Shown here: in pieces, positions 1 through 8,487 of the stretch
Layout of the letters: each line of letters starts with the position of its first letter
How positions within the stretch are numbered: position 1 is the stretch's first letter
Assembly: GCA_048938855.1 (NCBI GenBank)
Contig: JBHLLT010000048.1
Span: 1 to 14,650, forward strand
Source: Promethearchaeota archaeon
GTDB lineage: Archaea; Asgardarchaeota; Lokiarchaeia; Sigyniarchaeales; SOKP01
DNA length: 14,650 nucleotides
Direction: 5' to 3'
Program-made: the position numbers and the translations under genes
The notes under the pieces: generated by a model
What the model was told of the DNA's origin: nothing
Seen by the model: the letters and a program-made list of their open reading frames with translations, nothing else
Database searches by the model: none

Positions 1-726
1 TTCAAAAGATAACCATTCAATAATATTGGATAAAAATTTAAGATTATCTCCTGCATCAAGTCCAAAATCGCTGTCTTCAATCATCCAATCAGACGAACCA
101 ACAGTTACACACCGACCCTCATAAAATTCAGATACAACACAAACTGGTACGACTCCTATGGTATCTACATCTTCATCAACATAATATTTGAATTCAGCTT
201 TTTCAGAAGTCACAATTATGTCATCGACATCTTCTTCTGAAATTGTAAAAAAAGTACAGTTAGGAAACACAACCTCAGAGATTCCTTCTGTTATAGGGTG
301 GTTAAATAACTCTGTTATTAAAAGATTCTTCTTTTTTACTAGAAAGTTAGAGGGTGCTTCGTGGATAATACCGTTCCAAAACCTTCTTACACCGGTTAAT
401 TTATAGAGGACTCGAATAGAGCCTTTATTCATAGGTGAATCTCTATCCCCACCATCTCCACTCGTTAAAAGTAATCCGCCACCTTCTCCAATAAATCGTT
501 TTATTGCTTTCAATTCATCTTGAGTGAATTTATCATTTTTCCCTTCATTAGTATGTTGGATATTGCCAATGAATAAGATATCAAAATCCTCTAGCATATC
601 GAATTCAATAGGTCCTTCATTTTTATCAATGTAAGTAATCTCATAATCATCTTCCCCGAGACTAAATTCTGGAAAATCCTCGAGTTTCTCTTTATGAGAC
701 AAATCCACTATGATTTCGTAAGGTAT
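1..726 (-). CDS. GIFT (GldG/IFT52)/DUF4350-like domain protein, class I glutamine-amidotransferase-like fold; 3' end runs off the window
   Basis: Hand translation of the open minus-strand frame (absent from the ORF track): PYEIIVDLSHKE...FDILFIGN...FTQDELKAIKRFIGEGGGLLLTSG...HPITEGISEVVF...GRCVTVGSSDW...NLKFLSNIIEWLSFE. An in-frame TAG lies at 739-741, so the start is ATA 726, ATT 732 or GTG 708 (uncertain). Confidence 0.75.
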   Translation of the reverse strand, partial: MPYEIIVDLSHKEKLEDFPEFSLGEDDYEITYIDKNEGPIEFDMLEDFDILFIGNIQHTNEGKNDKFTQDELKAIKRFIGEGGGLLLTSGDGGDRDSPMNKGSIRVLYKLTGVRRFWNGIIHEAPSNFLVKKKNLLITELFNHPITEGISEVVFPNCTFFTISEEDVDDIIVTSEKAEFKYYVDEDVDTIGVVPVCVVSEFYEGRCVTVGSSDWMIEDSDFGLDAGDNLKFLSNIIEWLSFE

Positions 727-965
727 TTTAATACACCGCTAAATTTTTGTTTTCTATTGATTAATACTCGTTTAGACCGATATTTCCAAGATCGTTAAAA
801 AGATATTGCTTCTCGTTTAAGAACATGTAAATTAATTTTATAAAAATATGCTATCACTATTATTAAATATTTTCTTTTAAATTTTTTTAAATGAGAATTG
901 TAAAAGAGAAAACTTTAATAGGAAGAAATTAAGATTTTGGGTCTAAATTACCAGAAAAGAAGATC

Positions 966-1658
966 CTAAATAGGAATAAATTCTCGGTCAGCAGGCTTAT
1001 CTTTATAGATTACAGCAATATCAATACCATTACCACTCGCCATATCTCGTATAATAGATGATGTGACTGCTTTTTTTACAATTTCTTTACCTTGGTCAAT
1101 AGTTAAGTTATCTTTATATTTAGCTTCTAAAACACCGTAAGAAAAATTCTGTCCACTTCCTACTGCACAATAGGGTTGTGGTAAAATTGAACCGTAAGCA
1201 CTGATATCTAAAAGTGAAGGCCCTTCTTCCACCGTTACCCCACCTAACATGAGACCTACCTGGAAAGGAAAAAGTTTATTTTGATATAAAATATTAGATA
1301 ACATTTTAGCAGCTGATTTGACTAAGATGGGTTTACCATCATGTGCTAATTGATATATAGTAGTTTCGGCTTTTAAAACATCAACTAAGTATTGGGTATC
1401 AGCAACTCCTCCCGCAGTAGTCATGTACATATGCTCTTGAATTTTATATAATTTTTCAGATATTTTGCTAGCTATGAAATAAGCCATTGTAGCTCTTTTA
1501 TCTGTTCCAAAAATCACAGCATCTTTACAAATTAAACCTACTGTAGTCGTACCTGTTTTTAGATTATTTGGGTTAATTTTTTGATTTTTGAGTGCTATAC
1601 TTTCAGAATTTGTTATGAATTTAGAGGGGATTGGCTTTATCATATCTTCTTTTTTCAT
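966..1658 (-). CDS. psmB: 20S proteasome subunit beta
   Basis: KTG|TTTVG autoprocessing site. Thr1, Asp17 and Lys33 are present (TDKRAT...SEK), plus GSG and RDMASG motifs. Confidence 0.96.
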   Translation of the reverse strand: MKKEDMIKPIPSKFITNSESIALKNQKINPNNLKTGTTTVGLICKDAVIFGTDKRATMAYFIASKISEKLYKIQEHMYMTTAGGVADTQYLVDVLKAETTIYQLAHDGKPILVKSAAKMLSNILYQNKLFPFQVGLMLGGVTVEEGPSLLDISAYGSILPQPYCAVGSGQNFSYGVLEAKYKDNLTIDQGKEIVKKAVTSSIIRDMASGNGIDIAVIYKDKPADREFIPI

Positions 1659-1788
1659 AATTTCATAAAAGAACTCTTGTTTTTATAATTTTTTTTAATT
1701 TTTTATTAATCCTAAATTGATTATGTATTAATTTTTTAAAGCTTTAATAAAATAATTAAAGAATTTTTTTGAGTCTTGGGATTTTAGA

Positions 1789-2967
1789 ATGTATGATGTT
1801 ATAATCTCTGGTGCTGGACCTGCAGGATCAAAATGCGCTGAAGTATTTGCGAAAGCTGGGTTTAAAGTAGCATTAATCGAAAAAGATATAAACTGGCGCA
1901 AACCATGCGGGGGAGCAGTAAATTCAAGGATTTTTAAATATTATCCTCAATTACGGAATTATAATTTTCACCGTATTAATACAATCAATATCTATTCGGC
2001 AGAATTTTATAAATTTGGATATAGATGGAATAGAGAAGTTGATTATTCTATAAATGTTGATCGTTTAGAATTTGATAATGCTTTAAGAAACATAGCTATA
2101 GACTCTGGGGCTGAACTCTTTGATAAGAATATCTCATATGATTTTATTATCAAAAATAAAAGAAGAATAGGAATAAAAACAAAATCCCCCTCAGGAACTC
2201 AAGAGTATAAAGGAAAAATTATTGTAATAGCAGATGGGATGAGTTCAAAATTAGCTATAAAATCAGGATTAAGAAAGAAATGGAAGATTGAGGAAATAAT
2301 ATTAGCAAAAAGTGCAATTTTAGAAGGCAATAATGATATTGATAAAGATACCATTTCTCTTTTCTTTCAATCCTATAAAGGGTATGCATGGTTGTTCCCA
2401 TTAGGAGAAAATAAGTTTAATATTGGTATTGGTACTATGGGTGAAGATAACTTGAATTATAATCTTAAAAAAGTTTTCAATATGTTCAGAAATGATCCAA
2501 AAATAAAGCAATTTTTACCTGAAAATACTTATAGAAAGATATGGGAAGGCGCATGTCCATTACCAGGTTTAGGAATAAAAGAAAAAAGCTTATTTGGTGA
2601 TAATATGATGCTGATTGGAGATGCGGCTGGCTTTGTTAATCCAATTAGTGGAGAAGGAATATGTCCTAGTGTTGCATCTGGAAAAGCAGCTGCCGAAACA
2701 GGAATTAATGCATTGGAAAGTGATGATATTTCTCAACAATCATTAAAAAATTATAAATTCAATCCAACTATAAGAAAAATAAGTAGAAGTTATAAAATGA
2801 CATTATCTCTTCTTGATTTTTGTTTCGAAAACCAAGGTCAGAATTTTTCTAAAATGTGTAAAATAGCAGAGAAAGATGATAAATTTAGAGAACAAGTTGT
2901 AAATATGTTCCTTTTTAGTAAAGCACCACCAAAAGAGTTCATAACAAGATTAAAAAGCGAAGATTAA
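1789..2967 (+). CDS. Geranylgeranyl reductase family FAD-dependent oxidoreductase (digeranylgeranylglycerophospholipid reductase-like)
   Basis: GAGPAG FAD motif, KPCGG, GYAWLFP (YxWxFP), GDAAG-x-P-x-SGEGI. Confidence 0.9.
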   Translation: MYDVIISGAGPAGSKCAEVFAKAGFKVALIEKDINWRKPCGGAVNSRIFKYYPQLRNYNFHRINTINIYSAEFYKFGYRWNREVDYSINVDRLEFDNALRNIAIDSGAELFDKNISYDFIIKNKRRIGIKTKSPSGTQEYKGKIIVIADGMSSKLAIKSGLRKKWKIEEIILAKSAILEGNNDIDKDTISLFFQSYKGYAWLFPLGENKFNIGIGTMGEDNLNYNLKKVFNMFRNDPKIKQFLPENTYRKIWEGACPLPGLGIKEKSLFGDNMMLIGDAAGFVNPISGEGICPSVASGKAAAETGINALESDDISQQSLKNYKFNPTIRKISRSYKMTLSLLDFCFENQGQNFSKMCKIAEKDDKFREQVVNMFLFSKAPPKEFITRLKSED

Positions 2968-3015
2968 GCGTAATTTAAAAATATTTTTTAGGGAATTTTG
3001 AATTTAAATTCTTAA

Positions 3016-3951
3016 ATGGTAGAGATAATAGGTTTATTTTTCGCGATATTTACAGTATTGGTTTGGGCGTTAGCCTCTTTAGTTTATAAAAAAGGGTTGG
3101 AAAAGACAAAACCTAAAGCAAACTTATTTTTTAGATTATGTTGTACTTGTTTAGGAACCCTCATTTTTTCATTGATTTTTGGCAATTTTAGTTTAATTGG
3201 AAATTTATCAACTGGACAACGAATTGATTATTTTGTAGCCTGTATTATATCTGGATTAAGTGTTACTGTAGGAGATTTATTCTATTATATGTCCTTATCA
3301 AAAATTGATGCTTCACGGACTTATCCTCTTGTTCAACTTTCACTTGTTTTTGTAATTTTCTTTTCAATTCTTTATTTTGGTGACCAAATCTCAATTTCTA
3401 TCATAATCGGGGGTAGCTTAATACTTTCAAGTGTTTTTATAATTAGCTCAAGGGATAAATCTGAGAAAATAAATGAAAAAAGAAGTCTAAAAGAAAAGAT
3501 TTCGGAAGATTTAATTTTAGGTATTTTATTTGCAATTTGTACAGCCTTTTTCTGGGCATTAGCATATGTCTCATTTTATCAGGCAAGTTTTATAACTGGA
3601 GATGTTTTTGGGGCGAATTTTTTTAGAGTGGCTTTCGGAATGATTACAATTGCTATTTTAGGGCTATTTCAACATGAATACTATGCAGGATTTAAAAAGG
3701 AGAATAAAACAAATTTAAAGTATTTTCTATATATTGGAATAGCCGGAATCTTATCTCTGGGTTTTGCTGATGCACTATATATTAAAGCTTCTTTAATTAG
3801 TGAATTAATATTAATATCTACATTTACAGTGAATACTCCTATGGTGCAACAGGTACTAGCAATATTAATTCTTAGGGAAAAATTCCGTGTAAGATTTATA
3901 ATTGCCGTCGCTTTAATTATAGTCGGAAATTATATAATTCTTTTCTTATAA
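3016..3951 (+). CDS. DMT superfamily / EamA family transporter
   Basis: About 10 hydrophobic helices in two repeats. EamA-like segments 'LSKIDASRTYPL...ILYFGD' and 'ILILREK...IIVG'. Confidence 0.85.
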   Translation: MVEIIGLFFAIFTVLVWALASLVYKKGLEKTKPKANLFFRLCCTCLGTLIFSLIFGNFSLIGNLSTGQRIDYFVACIISGLSVTVGDLFYYMSLSKIDASRTYPLVQLSLVFVIFFSILYFGDQISISIIIGGSLILSSVFIISSRDKSEKINEKRSLKEKISEDLILGILFAICTAFFWALAYVSFYQASFITGDVFGANFFRVAFGMITIAILGLFQHEYYAGFKKENKTNLKYFLYIGIAGILSLGFADALYIKASLISELILISTFTVNTPMVQQVLAILILREKFRVRFIIAVALIIVGNYIILFL

Positions 3952-4084
3952 AGAGAATGTTAGAATTCTGTTAACATTCTAACGAAATATTTTGAATTAT
4001 TAAAATTAATAATAAAGATAAATAAAAATGAAGAAAATTATTATAATTTTATAGAAATAAAATCTTATACTTGAATTTAAAATT

Positions 4085-4738
4085 ATGAGCATAGATTTAA
4101 TATATAAGAAAAAAATTAAAGCTGATGATTATATCAGTGTTTTAATAGTAGCTAATTATGTTGCGTTTGCTCTTTTTTACCATCTGGAGGCACTCATATC
4201 TATAATTGTTTATCCTTTTGTAGCTTTAGCATTTTATGGAGCTATAAAGATTATTAATTTTCTAAATAAAAAGAATACTAAAGAGAGAAGTCCTGTTAAA
4301 TTTTTCTTTGGGATTGTTGCTATTATGGTTTCAATATTATTTTTATGGTTTATGTTATTACAACCAAACTTTACAACTCGAGTATTAATGAATTTAGTTG
4401 CATTTCCATTGATGATTGTTGGATTTGCTGCCATTGTAAAAGGTGTTTTAATTGATATTTATTCACGAAAATACCGAAATGTGACAATAGTTGTAGGTAT
4501 CATTACAATACTATTATGTTTATCAATTTTCATGAACATATTTAATAATCTTATATTTAGCATTGTTGCTTTATCTATTATTCTTATAATTAACGTAATA
4601 AGTAGAGCAGCATTATACTTAAGTGAATTTGGTTTATCTCTAAAACAGATAAGGAATTTTAAAATCTTTTTATATATAATCTCTGATTATTTGATATATA
4701 TAGATAAAGACGGGAATTTAGTGTTATCTAAAATATAA
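4085..4738 (+). CDS. Hypothetical integral membrane protein (about 6 TM, possibly DUF308/HdeD-like)
   Basis: 217-aa ORF with about six hydrophobic segments in hairpin pairs. No catalytic motif. Confidence 0.7.
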   Translation: MSIDLIYKKKIKADDYISVLIVANYVAFALFYHLEALISIIVYPFVALAFYGAIKIINFLNKKNTKERSPVKFFFGIVAIMVSILFLWFMLLQPNFTTRVLMNLVAFPLMIVGFAAIVKGVLIDIYSRKYRNVTIVVGIITILLCLSIFMNIFNNLIFSIVALSIILIINVISRAALYLSEFGLSLKQIRNFKIFLYIISDYLIYIDKDGNLVLSKI

Positions 4739-4827
4739 AAAAAAAGATAAATCCTATATTCACCTATAAATTTATTTTATAGGATCACATACTAAAAATT
4801 TTAATTATTCAAAAAATTGAATCCATT

Positions 4828-5943
4828 ATGAGTGATATTCATTTCAATAAAGAGAAAGGTTCACAATTAAAGTTATTTACTCCAGGTCCAGTCTATGTTC
4901 CAGAGAGAGTTCTCAAGGAAATAGCAAAACCTAATGACACCCATAGATCTAAACCTTATTCAGAAATGCATCAAATTGCTACAGAAGGCCTTCAAAAACT
5001 ATTATATACTAAAAATGAATGTTTAATATTTACATCAAGTGCAACAGGAATAATGGAAGCATGTGTACGAAATTTACTTAAAGATGATGAAAGAGGGCTC
5101 TTCTTTTCGATTGGGGCATTTGGAGATCGATGGTATGAAATTGGAGAGACTAATGGAAAGAACTCTGTTAAAGAGAGTGTTGAATGGGGGAATCCAATAA
5201 CACCAGACATTGCTCAAGAAGCATTAGGTAAAGATAGTTATGCAGTTGTATTTATTCAAGCTAATGAAACATCCACGGGAGTTTATAACCCTATTGAGAA
5301 ACTAGCACCTATTATTAAAGATTCTGGAGCTTTATTATGTGTTGATACAACATCTTCTATGGCAGGAGTTAAAATTGAAGTAGATAACTTAGATATTGAT
5401 GTGTGTTTGGCATCTGTTCAGAAATGTTTTGCTTTGCCACCAGGATTAGCTGTTTGCTCTATTTCTGAAGCAGCAATAGAGAAAGCAAAAAAAGTAAAAA
5501 ATCGAGGTTTGTATTTTGATTTCATTGATTTATACAAAAGGCATGTTACAAAACATCAGACTCCAACAACACCACCTATACCTCAAATCAGAGGGTTAAC
5601 TGCTCAATTAGATTATATACTTAACATTGAAGGATTAGAGAAGAGATTTGAAAGACATAAGCAACTAGGGGAAACCACTCGTAAGTGGGCAACTAATCTG
5701 AATCTTGAAATGCTACCTCAAAAGGGGTATGAGTCAAATACTGTTTCGACAATAAAAAATTCTTTAGATCTTGATATCCCAAAGATGGTTTCTTTACTTC
5801 TAGACAAAGGTTATAGAATTGTCAATGGATATGGGAGCCTTGTAAATAAGACATTTCGAATTGGCCATATGGGTGAAATTCAACTCAAAGATCTTGAAGA
5901 AATGTTAAAAGTTTTAGCTGATATCATTAATAGCTTAAAATAA
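4828..5943 (+). CDS. Class V PLP-dependent aminotransferase (serine-pyruvate/alanine-glyoxylate or archaeal phosphoserine aminotransferase type)
   Basis: FTPGP, NETSTGV, DTTSS, PLP-lysine SVQK, and C-terminal FRIGHMG. Confidence 0.9.
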   Translation: MSDIHFNKEKGSQLKLFTPGPVYVPERVLKEIAKPNDTHRSKPYSEMHQIATEGLQKLLYTKNECLIFTSSATGIMEACVRNLLKDDERGLFFSIGAFGDRWYEIGETNGKNSVKESVEWGNPITPDIAQEALGKDSYAVVFIQANETSTGVYNPIEKLAPIIKDSGALLCVDTTSSMAGVKIEVDNLDIDVCLASVQKCFALPPGLAVCSISEAAIEKAKKVKNRGLYFDFIDLYKRHVTKHQTPTTPPIPQIRGLTAQLDYILNIEGLEKRFERHKQLGETTRKWATNLNLEMLPQKGYESNTVSTIKNSLDLDIPKMVSLLLDKGYRIVNGYGSLVNKTFRIGHMGEIQLKDLEEMLKVLADIINSLK

Positions 5944-6118
5944 ACCGCAAATGATAATTTACAATAGTTCTTCAATCAAATTTCTATTATTTTTTTGTTT
6001 TTTTCTTTAATATCTCTTTAAATTTGAAATGTAAATACATATGAGATCATAAACTCTTTAAAGATTTAAAAACTAAGAAATGCATTCAATGTATTTTAAA
6101 TCAATCTATGTGAAATAA

Positions 6119-7051
6119 ATGAAAATTTTAATTAGTGATAAACTCCAAGATGCTGGAATTAAGATATTCGAAGATAATGGATTTGAAGTAATTAAAAAAT
6201 TTACAATTACAAAAGAAGAACTAAAACAGGAAATAGGAGAGTATGATGGTATTGTAATTCGTTCAAGAACTAAATTAACTGCTGATGTGTTAGAAAACGC
6301 TAAAAAACTTAAGGTTATTGGAAGAGCAGGAGTTGGTTTAGACAATGTCGATCAAAATGAAGCTGCTAAAATGAACATAGAAGTTTTAAATACTCCCGAA
6401 GCTCCTGCTGTATCAGTTGCGGAATTTGCATTAGGGTTAATGTTAACCCTTGCAAGAAAAATTTCATATGCTGATCGCACTACTCATGAAGCTCAATGGA
6501 ATAAAAATGAATGCTTGGGTTATACTTTAAATGGAAAAAAACTAGGTTTAATTGGTTTTGGAAATATCGCAAAACATTTAGCCAAGATTTCTATAGCTAT
6601 GGGAGTGGATGTTGCTGTTTACTCTAGATTTAGTAAAGGACAAGTTGCTATTGATGAAGCTAAAGAAATTGGATGCTCAATTTATACCTCAGTTGAAAAT
6701 TTATTAAGAGACGCGCAAATTATTTCATTACATCTTCCTTCTTCACCCCAAACTGAAAATATAATCAACGAAGAGAGAATAAAATTAATGAGAAAAGATG
6801 CGATATTGATAAATACTGCCAGAGGCGATTTAATCGATGAAAAAGCGTTATTAAACGCCTTGAAAAATAAAGATATTGCTGGGGCAGCTATTGATGTATA
6901 CCGTGAAGAACCTCTTAAAGACGAACAATTAATTAAATGGAATGAAAACCTTGTACTTACTCCCCATATAGCATCCCAGAGTATTGAAAATCAAACGGAT
7001 GCCGCAACAATGATCGCAGAAAAGATGTCAAATTTCTTAAAAAAAAAATAA
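6119..7051 (+). CDS. serA: D-3-phosphoglycerate dehydrogenase-like D-2-hydroxyacid dehydrogenase, short form without ACT domain
   Basis: RSRTK, GRAGVGLDNVD, GFGNIA Rossmann motif, INTARG, DVYREEP, TPHIA. Length 310 aa. Confidence 0.8.
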   Translation: MKILISDKLQDAGIKIFEDNGFEVIKKFTITKEELKQEIGEYDGIVIRSRTKLTADVLENAKKLKVIGRAGVGLDNVDQNEAAKMNIEVLNTPEAPAVSVAEFALGLMLTLARKISYADRTTHEAQWNKNECLGYTLNGKKLGLIGFGNIAKHLAKISIAMGVDVAVYSRFSKGQVAIDEAKEIGCSIYTSVENLLRDAQIISLHLPSSPQTENIINEERIKLMRKDAILINTARGDLIDEKALLNALKNKDIAGAAIDVYREEPLKDEQLIKWNENLVLTPHIASQSIENQTDAATMIAEKMSNFLKKK

Positions 7052-7063
7052 TCTATTATTTTT

Positions 7064-8266
7064 TTAATTTTCTTCTAAATCGTGCAAAATTAATCCCGAA
7101 AGAACTTTGGGGTCAAACCAAGTACTTTTCGGAGGCATTACTCCCCCCTTATCAGCAATTAATTCAAGATCTCTGATATCTACAGGATATAAATTAATAA
7201 ATAGAGCATTTCCTTTATTTATGATGAATTTTTCCATTTCTTTAGGATCTTGTGTACCTCCTACGAAGAAGATATTTTCATTTGAACGAGGATCTTTAAT
7301 ATTTAAAATGGGTTCCAAAATTTTGTCCTGAACAATAGTTACATCTAAACTATCTCGCTTTGTTGCAAATTTTTTATTTCTAACTAATAATTTGTACCAT
7401 TTTCCATTCAAACATATAGCAATCTCATTTTTTTTGGTTGGATTAAATCCGTTCTTAATAGACATTACTTGAAAATCATCCTCAAGCCTTTTCAAAAAAT
7501 CCTCTTCACTTAATGGTAATTTTCTAATGACACGATTATACGGTAAAATTCGAATTTGATCATCAGAAGCCACATATGAAAGTAAATATTGCCAAGGTGC
7601 TTCAATGTCTTTGTCAACATTAGATTCTTTTAGTTTAAATTTACGATATTCAGCAGCACTGGCTGCTCTATGATGCCCATCTGCAATGTAAATCTTTTTA
7701 TTACTAAATAGTTTTACTAATTTTTGAATTGTATTAGGATCTGTTTCTTGCCATAAAAAATTACGATATCCGTATTTTTTGAAATCAAATTTAGGTTCCT
7801 TCTTTTTAATAGTTTCAATTAAAGCCTTTACTTTTTTGTTTGCTTGAAAAACCGTCCAAACTAAACCTGCGGCAACATTTGTTGACACAATATGATTGGT
7901 TCGGTCTTTAAGTGGTATTTCCCTTGTGTGTTCATGTTTTACAATATTTCCATCTTCATAATCTTGAAGCGCAACCCCCATAATTAGCCCTTGATGACTA
8001 AAATTGGTTGATTCTTGACGATACACAAATATGCTTGGAGATTCTTCTTTTATAACAATCTTTTTCTCTTTAAAATTCTCATAGGCTTTTGCTGCATTTT
8101 GATAAATCTCATCTCCTTCCCCACTAGGCAAAATAAGGTGGACTAAGGATTCAGGTATTTTCTTTAACTCTTGTTCTTCTTCTTTACTAATAATATCATA
8201 CGGATTAGTGGAAAATTCTTCTGGATTTACTGGTATATAAGGTTTTAGAGGAGCTATCAGAACCAT
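7064..8266 (-). CDS. DUF1015 family protein (ParB/sulfiredoxin-like motif)
   Basis: PYD, HEHT, YIADGHHR and MPPKSTWFDPKVLSGL motifs. ATG at 8266 (MVLIAPLK) is preferred over GTG at 8287 because it matches the family's usual N-terminus. Confidence 0.88.
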   Translation of the reverse strand: MVLIAPLKPYIPVNPEEFSTNPYDIISKEEEQELKKIPESLVHLILPSGEGDEIYQNAAKAYENFKEKKIVIKEESPSIFVYRQESTNFSHQGLIMGVALQDYEDGNIVKHEHTREIPLKDRTNHIVSTNVAAGLVWTVFQANKKVKALIETIKKKEPKFDFKKYGYRNFLWQETDPNTIQKLVKLFSNKKIYIADGHHRAASAAEYRKFKLKESNVDKDIEAPWQYLLSYVASDDQIRILPYNRVIRKLPLSEEDFLKRLEDDFQVMSIKNGFNPTKKNEIAICLNGKWYKLLVRNKKFATKRDSLDVTIVQDKILEPILNIKDPRSNENIFFVGGTQDPKEMEKFIINKGNALFINLYPVDIRDLELIADKGGVMPPKSTWFDPKVLSGLILHDLEEN

Positions 8267-8487
8267 AATATTATTTAAAAGTTTCACCGATATAAAATAA
8301 TTTCTATAATTATGCGTTTTAAAAATGAAGAGATTTGTGTAATAAAATTGGCATTATATTTCGAAAATTATTTAAAACTAATCTCTCATAATAATTACAA
8401 ATCTTTTTTAAAAAATTTAATAAATATTTTAACTATATTAATATCATAAAATATCTAATTTGAATTATATTTTGGAATTATTCAACA

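Noticed and set aside
188-406. 72-aa plus-strand ORF
   Set aside because: Antisense shadow of the GIFT-like CDS, with no recognisable motif.
4234-7331. Short ORFs 4234-4434, 4992-5210, 6106-6345 and 7107-7331
   Set aside because: Each is antisense to a well-supported longer gene.
8267-8287. GTG start extension MKLLNNI of DUF1015
   Set aside because: The downstream ATG at 8266 fits the family's N-terminus better. The GTG is part of an SD-like GGTGA.
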